Shown here: positions 1 to 13,224 of the stretch, piece after piece | Layout of the letters: the number at the start of each line of letters is the position of its first letter | Position numbering within the stretch: the stretch's first letter is position 1 | DNA from: Lama glama | Lineage: Eukaryota | DNA: 64,000 nucleotides | Assembly: GCA_028534125.1 (NCBI GenBank) | Contig: CM052816.1 | Span: forward strand, 33,048,001 to 33,112,000 | Direction of reading: 5' to 3' | Program-made: the position numbers and the translations under genes | Notes under the pieces: generated by a model | What the model saw: only the letters and a program-made list of their open reading frames with translations | The model's database searches: none | Told to the model about the DNA's origin: nothing

Positions 1-202
1 GCCATCTCTAAGAATTCTTTTTGCAGGATCATTCCTGCACTTAAATGTGACAAAGCCTTCATCTTGCATCACCTCCTGTAATGCCATGCCTGCAGCTTCC
101 CAGCCAGCATTCCAAGGAGGAGCACGCATGCTCAGATAATGGGGTGGAGTTGAGTTGTGGAAAGAGAAACAGCTTGAGATTATTCACAAAAAAAGAACTC
201 AC

Positions 203-379
203 CCATTCAGACCTGGTCACACTGCTCAGGTGCGGAGCCAAGGAGGTTAATGTGCAAGTTCAGAAACATTGTGTGGGTCACATTCTGGCCACAGGGAGCC
301 ACAAGGGTGAGTTTCTTAAAATGCATTGACTTGCCCTCTTCCCTGTGACAGGTCACCTTTTGAACTGCTAGGGGATGAC
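203..379 (-). other. Candidate 177-nt alternative non-coding exon
   Basis: Minus strand GCTTTCTATTTTTCTCTCAG|GTCATC...GTCTGAATGG|GTGAGT; both splice sites are near consensus. Confidence 0.4.
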
Positions 380-1062
380 CTGAGAGAAAAATAGAAAGCT
401 TGGCAGCCAAGCACTCCTGTGTGGATGTAGGGAACAATCAGAGGGCTGTCTGGAAAACAAATGCCTCATTTCTTTAACAGTAGCTATTCAGGCAGCAAGA
501 GGCAATTCAGAGATGGCCAGCAAAGCACACTGATTGGGAGATGGACATAAATGATACGTTTCTATTCTGCTCTAGCATTTATGCAGTGCCCAGTTTCACT
601 CTGGTTAAATAAAGTACTTTCTTCTGGGGATGGCAAGTACATGATAACCATGACCACAGCTTCGACAATAGAATTAGATGGATCTACCCCACAAACCTCA
701 ACTCCAATGTAAAATTCTTAGGATTTTCAATAAGATGCACAAATGGCTATTTTTTTTCCCAAAGGAGCAGATCACTGGCAGGTCTAGTCTTCATGGAAAG
801 AAGTGATTAATATGGTGCCTAAATTACATTTTTATTTCTTTACAGCGACTACTTCTTTTAAACCAGGATATATGGAGGACATATGGAGTCGGAGGATTAT
901 TTCTTTCATCTTTTTCTCCTTTTTTTCCAATGGGCTTTATTTCTACCCCATGGCAGAAGTATCCTTCCCTTGTAGAACTGGAAAATATACCACTTTCCCA
1001 CGTCTCAGGCAGGAAGCCATATTTCTGAAAACGTCTGATAAACCACGACTCCATGCATAGTG

Positions 1063-1066
<4 letters not shown>

Positions 1067-1111
<45 letters not shown>

Positions 1112-1130
1112 AGAGGGAGAGGGAGAGAGA
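1067..1130. repeat. Compound microsatellite (GT)15 + (GA)n
   Basis: Directly visible. Confidence 0.97.
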
Positions 1131-2734
1131 GCATGTGCGTGTGTAACTAAAGTACTTCAAGGCCCAACCTCTGTCTACCTGCCTTCCCACTCCTGTTTCC
1201 TTATCTGTTCTGCGGAAGCTAATATCTACCCTGCCCACTTCCCAGGGATACCGAGAAGGGGCAATGTTTATACAAGTGTTGTATGTTATAAGCACTATAA
1301 AAATGATTTAATACATGATACAGTTCAAAACAGTATTTACTGACCTTTATATGTCACTCCCCTTACTTGGGTCCTTAAAATTCATCTCTAACACACTTGA
1401 TAAAGTTTGACAAGAAGTCATGTCATGATCTATAGCCTCCTTGCTAATGGAGACAGTAGTTCCAGCATATGCAAGCACCTCTGACGTGTTCTGCTCCCAA
1501 CCAGGGAGCCTTAAGAAGCACTGATCATTAAGGGTGAGACTTGAAATTTGAAGGTTAGGAACAAGATAGCACCAAATCGCTTCCAGTATCAAGACATTAA
1601 TAGGAATCTTGTCAAGGAAAAGATGGGTATTTGGCTCCCATACTGGGATTTTTTCACCCTAAACTGAGACTTCACTGAAGTGCGGGGTATGGGTGTCCCT
1701 AAAGTTCTGGCTTTAGATATGCTGGGTGATCTTGAGAACTGCTTCTGTTCTGTAGGGGCGTTTGGCCATGACCTAATCGAATCACAGAAAGTGATTTCCT
1801 AGGAGTTCACTCAAATGTCTTCCTTCAGCACACATACACAAAAAACATCTAATCACAAATGCATACATCCCCAAGGAAGTTCTGAGACAAATTCTGCAGA
1901 GCACAACCACAACAGGGTACGAGGTGTTATTTCCCATCAGAAGGGAGCCATTTTCTCAACTCTAAAGACCAAAGGAGGAAGCACAGAAAACAGAACTGTT
2001 TCATCACTCTGGTACAGATTAGCCTGCATTTCTGCACCAAAATATATTAAGCTTCTGTCTGGCAATGAGCTGACAGGGGCAGAAATGCACAGGCAAGCAT
2101 AAGGTGGAAATCCCTTTAACCAGAAAACGTAATTGGTGGCTCTGTGTCTCATATCATTTCACAGCGGTTATTGGGCAGCCTCCAACAAAAGCAGCAGCTA
2201 TGGCAAAGGAATTCTCTAGAAACTGTGAGGTTTCAAGACACAGAAAGTTTCAGAGGTAACTGCTTGTCAACCAGGACTTCCTGGAACTTGTCAGTAATTG
2301 ACACTGTTGCAGGAAGCCCTCTCAGAGAAAGGCTCTCCCTTCCCTGTCCCCATGATCCATCTACCATCAGCTGAACTTTCTGACTTAGAAAAAGGAAAAT
2401 GGAAAGCTTTCCAATTGTGGTTGGCTGATTTCAGACACTGTGGGAGCCCTGGGAAAGAAAGAATTATTACTTAAGGAAAGGATTCTATATGAGAACACAT
2501 AGGACGTTGTTTTCTACTCAAGGAGTGGAAGACAAAACTGATGCATACCAGTGGACAGTACAGACCAAATGAATATAATTCAGCTCAAACAATGCAGGTA
2601 CCTGACCTCATACTGACGACCAAGTCCCATGTAGAAATGAGACTGGCACAGCTTCTGCCCACATGGCCACAAAACAACACAAGTAAGCATCTTTAGGTGT
2701 CAAATCACCTCTTTAAAGTTATTTAACAGCCTAC

Positions 2735-2783
2735 CTAAGGTTCCAAAGGTTGTCACAGCTATTCAGCTTCTTCAGCAGTTCAT
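2735..2783 (-). other. Candidate 49-nt cassette exon
   Basis: Minus strand ATTCTCTATCCAG|ATGAACTGC...GAACCTTAG|GTAGGC; the pyrimidine tract is short. Confidence 0.25.
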
Positions 2784-3059
2784 CTGGATAGAGAATATGC
2801 TTCATTTTTGTTTCACTCTATATAGGGTTACCTACTTCTTACAGGCTGAGAAAGCTTTACTTTCCACGTCCATCGCCTCCCCTTCTAAGTAACCTTGTTT
2901 GAATAAAAAGGGATAGGGGTTGCAAATAAAAGACTGTGCTCTTTCCCCACACCTTCTAAACACTGACAGAACCCAGAACAAGCCAGGCTATGAGAAAGAA
3001 GACCACACGTATGGCCATCTGCTTATCTTGACATAATTGCCTATGTGCTGGAGGTACCG

Positions 3060-4010
3060 TAATTTAAACCATCAACCAATTATTGGATGTGTAACCAATT
3101 TTCCTTGTTGTATAATGCTGCAATGAAGAACATTACAACAAATTCTTGGAAATGAAATTAGTATTTGGCCAAGGCTTGAGTGTGAAATTGCCTCCCCTAC
3201 GAAAGCTATTGGGATACATACTTCTGCCAGCTGTATGAATTTTGCTTTACTCCTAGCAACTCTAGATATAATCATTTAACTTTTTTTTTAAACCAATATG
3301 GTTCCAAGATGACTTTTAGTCTTCATTTCCTTGATTATTTGAGGTTAAACTTTTCCCATAAATCTATTGGACACATGGCTTTGTTTTTAAATTGCCTGTT
3401 CATGTTCTTTGCCCATTTTGACAGGATGTTGACTTCTTAGAGTTTGATATGTATTACAGGTATTAACCTTTCACCATATGTATTGCAAATACTCTTTCCC
3501 AGTTGGCTATTCACCTTTTAATTTATATAGCATTTTTGACATCTGTGTATTTCGTATTTTTATGTCATCTCCATAAATCTTTTCCTTTACAGATTTTCCC
3601 CTCTGATTTTTGTTTTAGAAAGTCTTTCCCCACTCTGATTAGACTGTTAACTACATTTTCTTCACTGTGATTTTTCAAAATGTAGTCGGTCATTTAAAAA
3701 AAAAACTTTATTCTATATGGAACTTCACTATACACATAAATTACAAATCTGTCGTTTTTATTTAATATTTGTTCTAGCGCTACTGAATAATTAAATCTTT
3801 TCTACTGTTCTTACTGCAGCCATCATGATATAGCTAAATCCATTTTACATTATAATATTACAATGTTCAGTGTTGCATTAATGTATAATATTCCCTTTGT
3901 TTTTCAAAAATATTTCAGCTATTTGTTTAATCTTCCAAATAAAATTACTATGAAGATTTTTAAAAAATCTTATAAGGCTGTGGATCAGAACAACATTAAA
4001 TTTCCAGTCT
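3060..4010 (-). mobile_element. Ancient LINE-1 (L1M) fragment
   Basis: T-rich degenerate L1 antisense motifs: TTCATTTCCTTGATTA, AATTGCCTGTTCATGTTCTTTGCCCATTTT, TATTGCAAATACTCTTTCCCAG, TTTAGAAAGTCTTTCCCCAC. Confidence 0.75.
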
Positions 4011-4879
4011 CCCCCAGTCAGCATAGTCATGTATAAGACCAAATTCCATCTAATAACATGCACATTCCTTTTAGCAACTGTAATTTTCACTGCAATGGCT
4101 TTCCTTAACATAGACACAAATTCCTTAAGGAGAAACACAAAGTCTGTTTCACTCCTCAGTGTATTCCATTCCTACCACCCAGTACAGTGAAACACACATA
4201 CAATTACCGAATAAAATCAAAATGATCTAGAACTTTTTTTGTCTGGGGCATCTCGTTTAGTATCTCTAACCCAAAATAGCTGGAACAGCAACATAACTAT
4301 GAACGCATCCAGTATGTCTAAGCTGAACAAAGGTGTACAAAGGATTTGTAGGCCACTGGACCCACTGCTGAGCAATGGCATAACCAACTCCGAAGATGGA
4401 GACCTTCCTAAATTACTGCAAAGGACAGAAAAGAAAGGAGGGTAACACTGTGGAAAAGATGAACCTAAATCAACAGATTAGGAATCCATGTTTGAGAACT
4501 ACAGAAACTTTACTAGAGTGAGGTCCTCTTTATATCACTGCCATATAAGAGTAGAGATGAGCAAACTGCTTTTTTAAAGTTCTAGGCCCAATATAAGAAG
4601 AGATTTCGGACATATAAAGAGTGGCCCAGGATAGGCGTAGGGAGAGAGTGAAGCATCCTGGGTCAGAAAGATGGCCTGAGTTAGCACTCCTGACCTGTCT
4701 TTTCTTCCCAACACCTTGCTGAAGAAATTCAACTAATAAAAATCAACCAGCTGATAGAAGCTGGAAGGAATGATGGTGAAATGCACCCAAACTGCTGGTA
4801 AGGCTCACCTGCGTCATTTATGACACCCACTCAGTACCTCTTTTGAGCTAACAGTTTACTAGTTTTAAGTTACATTTAC

Positions 4880-5450
4880 AAGGGTTACAGCATTGCACTA
4901 ATTGATAAACAACTGAAACATACAAACGCTCATCTAGAGGAGAGTGAATCAATCAACTGTGGCATATCCACTTCTTGTGGCTGTGAAAAAAGATCACTGG
5001 AGATTTTAGAAAACGACAGTATACTGTTAAGTTTAAAAAAAAAGATTAGGATGCATAATAGTTTGATCTACTTTCATAAAAATGTTCACCACTATATAAT
5101 TATTTGTGTATTTTGTGTGTCCGCAGATGGGTACTGAAGAAAAAACACCAAGTTGGTAACACAGGTTAAGGAGGGAGATGGAAATACATGGAGGAAAAAG
5201 GGATAAGTTGGCTTTTGCATGGTACAGTCGCCTCTGTATCCACGGATGAAGAACCCATGGATACCAAGGGGCCACTGCACTACACTACTTTACATAAAGG
5301 ACTTCAGCATCCATGAATTTTGGTAACTGCAAGCATCCAGGAACCAATCCCCCAGGTTACAGAAAGACTGTATATGTCTATGTCGTTTGACTTGTTACAA
5401 TGGGCATGCACTGCTTTTGTGCCTTGAAAGGAAAAGCTAATAAATTATTA
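4880..5450 (+). mobile_element. Ancient L1ME-like 3' end interrupted by the Tigger MITE
   Basis: CAGCATTGCA...AAACAACTGAAA...TCATCTAGAGG...AATCAACTGTGGCATATCCAC and CACCAAGTTGGTAACACAGGTTA. Confidence 0.6.
5225..5370. mobile_element. TcMar-Tigger MITE (MER2/Tigger3-like), TA-flanked
   Basis: TA|CAGTCG...GACTG|TA termini. Internal GGAACCAATCCCCCAGG and CATCCATGAATTTTGGTA resemble MER2. Confidence 0.8.
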
Positions 5451-6729
5451 TTCTAGAAAATATAGACATGTCAACAAATTTTGAAAAATGGATATTACCA
5501 ATGCAAATGTAAAATTATCTCAGAGTTATCAAATGTAGAACAAACAAAATAATGAACCCCATTAGAACATACTTGAGATAGTCAAGCTTTGATGACTCAA
5601 AGCTGGAAAGAGGTACTACAATTAGTTTTCCTTTGATTTCAGGGACTTATTTATTCTGCTCATCTCAAGACAGAGCTAATAAACCAAATAGTTTCAAAAG
5701 GTCCTAAATGGTTTCCGACATTTGGGTATATTCCAGGAAGACTAAGTTAATTTAGCTATTCAAAGAGTGGCACATTTGACAGGGAAAATGCAAATCAGAT
5801 TACTGTAGTTAGTGTTCGATTAGCCACTCAAACTGGAGGGGAAGCACTGACAGATAAGTAGAGATGATGCTACAGCTGCCATAATTTATTTCATGTTTCA
5901 AAGCCTTGTGCGACTTGCTTGGGAAAATGTTTAAGAGGTTGTATGAGATTTGGACGAGATGGCATATTTGCTGAGGAGCACCCCAGGGGATAAATTAAAG
6001 GTCAGCCACATGATATTCCTTATAAGATACTCTAAAATATAGTCAACTCTAAGGAAGAGGTAAAATGGTCCCCAGTCAACCATCTCTAGAGTACTTTTCC
6101 TGAATGTTTTCAACCTGTGGGTCATAACCCATGAATGTGTCTAGAAATAAATTTAGTGTGTTGTGATCAGTATGAGTCTAGGTAAGAAAAAAAAAATTTA
6201 CACCACTGCGTTAAATACTCTTTTTTTTTCTCCTCCCTCCATCCCTATAGCTCCCACTTCCAACCAGCAGGAGCAAAACACTTTCTCTCAAGTCTGTATG
6301 GCCACATCCTGTGCTGATTTTCAAGAGGCTAATTTTGCCATTATTTAAAAAGAAAGTCAAGTTCAAGTATCTATTAGAATTTTTAAGGAGATAATTCTAT
6401 TTTCTCCACCTCTCAACAAAGTGTGTGTTATAATAGGTAAGAGGCTTTGCCTTTAGACTTCTCCCTAAGAAAAAATTCCTAAATTCCCTCCTCTTGTACA
6501 TTAAAATGCCACATAAAAACAAAGGGGATTATGGCAATAAGGGTGTAACGCTGGGACCCAGCTGGGTTCCTAAGGATTACACTCATGGCCCAGCACCAGC
6601 AGCTGCAGAGAGGGACTGTGCCGAGGGCAACAGCAGTAAACCCTCAGATGTGAAATAGTACTTCCTGCAGCAGGACTGCTGGCCCTTGGAATTCCAGAGA
6701 CTGATGCCGCCAACAGAATGCTCAGGGTA

Positions 6730-7364
6730 AGTAATCCCGCTCCTGGGCATATTTCCAGAAGGAATCCTACTTCAAAAGGACACCTGCACCCCAATGTTCA
6801 CAGCAGCACTATTTACAATAACCAAGACATGGAAACAGCCTAAATGTCCATCAACAGATGACTGGATAAAGAAGATGTGGTATATTTATACAATGGAATA
6901 CTACTCAGCCATAAAAACCGACAACATAATGCCTTTTGCAGCAACATGTATGCTCCTGGAGAATGTCATTCTAAGTGAAGTAAGCCAGAAAGAGAAAGAA
7001 AAATACCATATGAAATCGCTCATATGTGGAATCTAAAAAACAAAAACAAAAACAAAAACAAACAAACAAAAACAAAGTGTAAATACAGGACAGAAATAGG
7101 CTCATAGAGAATACAGACTTGTGGTTGCCAGGGGGGTGGAGGGTGGGAAGGGATAGACTGGGATTTCGAAATTGTAGAATAGATAAGCAAGATTATACTG
7201 TATAGCACAGGGAAATATACACAAAATGTTATGATAACTCACAGAGAAAAAAATCTGACAATGAGTGTGTATATGCCCATGAATGACTGAAAAATTGTGC
7301 TGAACACTGGAATTTGACACAACATTGTAAAATGATTATAAATCAATAAAAAATGTTAAAAAAA
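6730..7364 (+). mobile_element. Young 5'-truncated LINE-1 (camelid-type): ORF2 C-terminus, 3' UTR and A-tail
   Basis: ORF 6794-7036 MFTAALFTITKTWKQPKCPSTDDWIKKMWYIYTMEYYSAIK... is the canonical L1 ORF2 C-terminus with an uninterrupted frame. It is followed by a G-rich 3' UTR tract and AATAAA plus an A-tail. Confidence 0.95.
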
Positions 7365-10295
7365 GAAATAATACCTAAAAAGTCACAGTTCTGACAACTA
7401 TTAGATTACTCTTTAGCTTTTCTATTTTTTTATCCATATATTTGTGTTTTTCATTAAAGAGCTGTAATCACAGCAAACTTATATCACTGATTTTGTTTTA
7501 TTCTGTATAGTTTTCCCCAAGTGGGTTCACCGTCTTCATCTTCCTAATTTTAATGATGGAATAAATGCCATCAAGTAAACATGTTATAACTCTCCTAATC
7601 ATATTTAGGTAGTTTCTAATCTTTACTAATTAAAATTATGCTGTAATAGATACATAAAACAAAATATCAAAAACATTTTTTCAATTGGAACAGAATTAAT
7701 TTGTTTTTTCATTTTAGAGGATCATTTCACTATCCAAAAGAACCTGAAAAGAATGCATGCTTGGGACACTGTCCACATGAACAATATTCAGAACAGTGGC
7801 TGGTATAATTATGGGAGAAAGGGCTTGCAGATCAAAACCCTGGGAGAGGAATGAGCAAGAAAGGAAGCTGTGAGCAGTGATGGAGAAGAGGTGGGAAGGG
7901 CAGAGACGCTGCTGAAACAGGTAAGGGTAAACAGGGATTCAGACAGGCCAGGTCCCAGGGGAGTATGTTCCTGAAAGACAAGAGAGAAGTAATTCTACAG
8001 TCATTCTTGGTTCTCAGCCAGTGAACTAAGACTCTCCCCTTTGGCTGTCCCTGCTCAGAAACAGGGCCTCCCAGTGGTGAGTGGACCATCTTGAAGTCTC
8101 AGAGCACAGCAGCTTTTCCAGCAAGGTGCCAGGTCCCGTCCCATTTACATGTGAAAGCCTTGATGGACCACAGAGGACTGACCTGTTTCTAGTATGTGGG
8201 GGTCTAAAAGGCAAGAAGAGGCAGCACAAACAAGGGGGAAGTGGCTACCAGGGGAGACAAGTCACTTATGAGGGACATTCTGGGGAGCATATCTGAAGGA
8301 ATACTAGAATTTCTACCCACTCTGCCACGACCAGCAGTCATGCAATTATGCCACCTCCTCGCCCCCAAGCCTACCCCTGGCAGGGACAGTTAAACTTTGG
8401 CCAACAGCCTGATTCCTCCCCCAGTAAGCTTTCTATAATTAAAATTTGATTCAGCAATTATATAATTATTTCTCACACAACTGTCATCTTCTATCATTCT
8501 TATGCTAACCTCAACAATTTTCCCGTTCCATGTCCACTGTCACAGAATAACAAAAGCCTCCTAGGTATCTCATTCTTAATTAACATGCTGTTTTCTTTTC
8601 CTCCCACCCTAGTAACACAAATCCAGCTCTAATGGAAGGCAAAGGGGATCTGAAGTCTCCCTGCAAACACAAAGCTGTAGTTTCAACTCAATACAGTCCT
8701 GTTCCTACCTATTCCATTTATTTTATCAAAAAATCTTAACATTCATACATCCTCTAAGAAGCCAGGTTACCGTTAAGCCTTGAATTCAGCAGAGCTTAAA
8801 AATAACAGAAAAAAAAAGGTCAACAAGTCATACTGTACCGTTAAAAATGTGTATCTCACACACCATTCCCCACCCCCATGCCTCTTCCGTGCCTCATTCA
8901 ATGCCCTACAGAGACCCTTTAAAAACAAAAGTCTGTGCTTTCAGCAATAACTGACATCCCTGTAAATCCACGTAATGTTCAGGAAATAAATCCAGTGCTC
9001 TCTGCTGCCCGTATAGCAACATTAATCTTATGAACAGTACTACAGAACACCCTCCCCTCCCCTCCCCCCATCTGCTTTAAGTAGGGCAAGTATTTTACTC
9101 ATGTTAATTGTTCTGACAGATGAGGATCAACACTGCTTTAATCCATTTGCAGTCTAGCACCGGGTACATTTATCTTCTCAAATGCAGTTAGAGGCAAGTA
9201 CATTGGCTGTTAGTACCACGAGAGCTACTTCAGGGCATTGCTTGACATTCCTTACAGAGGGGATCCCAGGGAAATGCTTCCCCAAACTGGTTCAAGTTCT
9301 TTTGGTTGCTATTGTGGTTGTGTTTGGATCCTTTAAAAATGATAGATAGTAGGACTTTATTTACTAATAAAAATTAAATTAATTTCTATTGCCTTCTTTC
9401 AAATTGTTAGTGTGTCTTCTCATTTACCAATTAATCATAGACAAGTTCTGTAAGAAACAAAAGGATGCAGCCGAACTTAGTAGGATTTGGCTATAAAATC
9501 CAACAACCCAATTAGGAACCATGTGCCTTTTTGCAAGGATATACCACCTATTTACAGGTCACACTGAGGAACATTAGAGCCAAGGCCAGCCAAGCACTGG
9601 CCTTAAATACAGGCATATCTGGGTTCAGATCCCAGCTCCACCACTTTGCACCTCCATGCCCAGCTGCTGTGGGTGTGACTGGTATCAAATGATTCAGCGC
9701 GTTTAACGTCCATCCCGGTATTGTCCCCAGTCGAGGGCTTTGCATATGTTCCCTGAAGCTACCGTTCTGTGTACCTAAATCCTAGTTTTTATTACCTGAA
9801 AAAGTAGCTTCATATGCTATGCTATTATTTCCTACATATTTCTACTCCCACCCCAGAAGTCAGTCAAGGAGGACTTGTACACAGAATGAATAGAGCAGCC
9901 TGACACCCTGCTTACCCAGTTTTAGGACAGAGCCAGCATGTCACTCTGTCCTCCCTGAGCACTATTTCTCCACTGGCGTTTGGATGCCACTGGCCCATCT
10001 CCACTGCCGATCCCCCGTGTGGTTCTGAGTTTGCCATTTTCTCAGTCCTAATGACTTTGTCTATTGGTCCTATTTCTATTTCCTCTTCAATTCCATCCTG
10101 CCTCCTGTGCTTTCAATTTAATCACCTTATACATTTTAGGTTTTCAGTTCAGAAATCTAATGAAAAAAACAAACATGACTTGACTCAGATTTATGGAATA
10201 AACAGCAGAGGGAACCCAATTGCAAAACTCACTAACTATCCCTCCCAGGCAGGACCACTGATTTCTTCCTCCTTCTCTCATCCCTCTGCTTTCAG

Positions 10296-10384
10296 CCCTG
10301 CTCAGGCTACAATGGTGACAGGAGAGAAGACAAGACAGGACAATATTCTTCTAGTATTCGGGCTCTTTCTCCCCCGACTTCCAG
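10296..10384 (+). ncRNA. Candidate 89-nt exon of an antisense (+ strand) transcript
   Basis: Branch-point-like CTGAT, an approximately 30-nt pyrimidine tract, TTTCAG| acceptor and a perfect CAG|GTAAGT donor. Confidence 0.35.
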
Positions 10385-11699
10385 GTAAGTGGTGGCCCAT
10401 AATCAGCTGCCTAAGGAAAATTCCTATTACAGACATGAGAAATGCTTATGCTGTAATGTGACTCCTTCTACCCAAACAAATGTATATACATTTGCACATA
10501 TGTTAGGACCTCAACAGTATAAAAAATCAGTTCTTTATAAAATAGAAAATACTAAAACATAAGTGGTAAATGTGGATGTGGGTACTTCAGTAATTGTGAT
10601 TTTAGTATTTTTCTGGCTTCCTATATTTTACATGATGAGTAGAATTACTTCTCTAATCAGAAAAAAATTCTAATTATGTAAAATCATTTATGGCCTGCTT
10701 GTCCCCGTTCAGTGCACTATTTGGCATGCCCTCATTAACTCTGTTTACAATTTAATCTAAAATGATCCTGAGTAGCCAATTCTAATTTTGCAGAGCAAAA
10801 GCTTCAACATGCCAAATTGATTAAATTATATTGATGCAGTAGTGCCCTAAAAATCTACATGTATTCTTCTAAGCTCCAAGTTTAATACTGAGACCAATAA
10901 ATGTCTACATGAACTGATGACACCCGTTAAGAACAACTTAGTTTAAATCATCAGAGACAGTTTAGACAGTTGCCAAATTTAGACAATTCCTAAAAATGGA
11001 TTTTGATGAGAAGCTTTGAGTCCCAAGAAGCACTTTTCCTGGATCTGCTGCTAACAAAATAGGTCTGGACGTGCACGGGCTTCTTTAAGACCCTATCAGG
11101 CAAATTGCAGACCAGCACTATTTGTCGGAATACCATGAGCAGCCCTGAAATGTCCTCATTAGAATTTAGACGTGGATTCTGGTGAGCTACACTTTTATTG
11201 AGACTCCAAGAATTTAGCTAGGTTGTTCTTCTGTTTGTAGTAGTTGAAGTCAATATTTAAGAAAATAAAAGAGAACATATGAACTCCAAAGACTAAACTG
11301 ATAGCATCCAGTGAAAAGACCTTGCATCTCCGATGATAAAGTGGAATATAAATGAGAGAGGACGCATGGTGGCCTTAGCTACATTCTGACTGTGCATTAT
11401 CGCTCTTAGAAGAGTGGTGTCCAATCTGACTTGACTCTCTGGGCCTCATTCTTCTCAGCTACAGATAGGTTCACCAGGCCCCTGGAGACAATGCAGTGAG
11501 AGGACGCACATGAAGGAATGGATGTAGTAACAGAGTGACAAATGCGAGGTGTTGGGCTTACAGTATTCACCACAAAAGGCAAACCCCAAACCAGCAGGAA
11601 GATTATCTGCCTGGATAGCTCCCTTCTTCACATGTAAAAGTCTCAGTTCCAAAAACAAAATTGCATTAAAGTAAAAAACAAAACAAAACAAAACCAAGA

Positions 11700-12563
11700 A
11701 GGGAGATACCACCTCACACCTGTCAGACTGGCTATCATCAAAAAGAATACAAATAACAAATATTGGTGAGGATGTGGTGAAAAGGGACCCCTTGTACACT
11801 GCAGGTGGGAATGAAGTGCAGCCACTGTGGAAAACAGTATGAACATTTCTCAAAAAAAAAAAAAAAACACCAACTAAAAATAAGACTACCAGATGATCCA
11901 GCAATTAATTCCCCTCCTGGGCATATATATATATCTGAAAAAAATGAAAACACTATTTTGAAAAGATGCATGCACACCAATGTTTATAGTAGCATTATTT
12001 ACAATTGCCAAGCTATGGAAGAAACCTAAGTGACCAACAATAGACAAATGGCTAAGGGAGATACGGTATGTGTGTGTATGCATGTATATATATACATATA
12101 TATATACACACACACACATATATACATACATACATACACAATGGAATATTACTCAGTCATACAAAATAATGAACATTTTGCCCTTCACAACAGAATGGAT
12201 GTACTTGGAGGGTATTATGCTAAGTGCAGTAAGTCAGACAGAGAAAGACATACTATATGATATCACTTTCATGTGGAATCTAAATATAACCAAAGAAACA
12301 GATTCACAGATACAGAGAACAAACTAGTAGTTACCAGTGGGAAGAGGGAAGGGTGGAGGGGTGATACAGGTGTACAGGAATAAGAGGTATAAATTATTAT
12401 GTATAAAATAAGCTACAAGGATGCAGTGTACAACACAGAAAGCATAGCCAGTACTTTATAATAACTATAAATGGAGTATAACTTTTAAAAGTTGTGAATC
12501 ACTATATTGTCCACCTGAAACTTATCTAATACCATACATCAATTACATTTCAATTAAAAAAAA
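11700..12563 (+). mobile_element. Older 5'-truncated LINE-1 3' end (L1MA/L1_Art-like) with internal microsatellite
   Basis: GAGATACCACCTCACACC..., frameshifted ORF2 C-terminal motifs (YTMEYYS..., WMYLEGIMLS..SQTEKD), L1 3' UTR and TCAATTAAAAAAAA end. Confidence 0.92.
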
Positions 12564-13224
12564 TAGAACAAGACAATGAAATCGTCATTGTGCTGAAGGA
12601 GGAGCAAGTCCCGTCACCGGCGACTACAGCTGTATCATAAATTCCCCGTCTTGCCCCGTGCCTCTAACAGTCACCATGCAGGGACCACACTCTTCCCATC
12701 AGCTGAGGCTCATCGGTGTCCTCTGCTCTTTCCTAACAACTCAGCCAGAGGCCTCTCTGCAGCTCCAGGGCAGGGCTGCCCAGTGCTCCGTGTCAGCTCA
12801 CCGCATTCCACAGAAGTGTCCTGCGTTTACCAGGGAACAGCTACAGTGCTCTTCCTATTAGCATTCCCCCCTAGTTTCCTTGAAAGGTGTTCCTTGCCCC
12901 TCCTACATAGCTTCGTGTTTGTTCTTCCATCAGATCGTTCCAGCCAGATGGAGTTAACCACGGGGTTAACTTGACACATCCTTTTTGCTAACTAGATGGT
13001 AAGTGATTGCTTCCATGTACATGTATCGGGTACCTGTTAGATGCTAGTATTCTGTTAGATATGGAAGTAAAAGCTTCTTAAGACTCCCTCCAGCTGCAAG
13101 AGGGAAGGCCTCAGAAAGCTACAGAGAGACAGTTACATGGAATTATTACAGCCTTGACACCTCCTTTCACTGCCTACCACCTAACAGGTGAATCTTCTAT
13201 TTATACATGCCGGTCACCATATGT

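Noticed and set aside
824..1054. 76-aa minus-strand ORF and overlapping ORFs around the microsatellite
   Set aside because: No family resemblance; neighbouring ORFs are low-complexity translations of (GT)n(GA)n.
6794..7036. 80-aa ORF with clear protein-like sequence
   Set aside because: It is the C-terminus of LINE-1 ORF2 in a 5'-truncated copy, not a host gene.
12952..12971. 8-bp perfect inverted repeat AGTTAACC-ACGG-GGTTAACT
   Set aside because: Expected occasionally by chance in 64 kb; too short for a miRNA or MITE.
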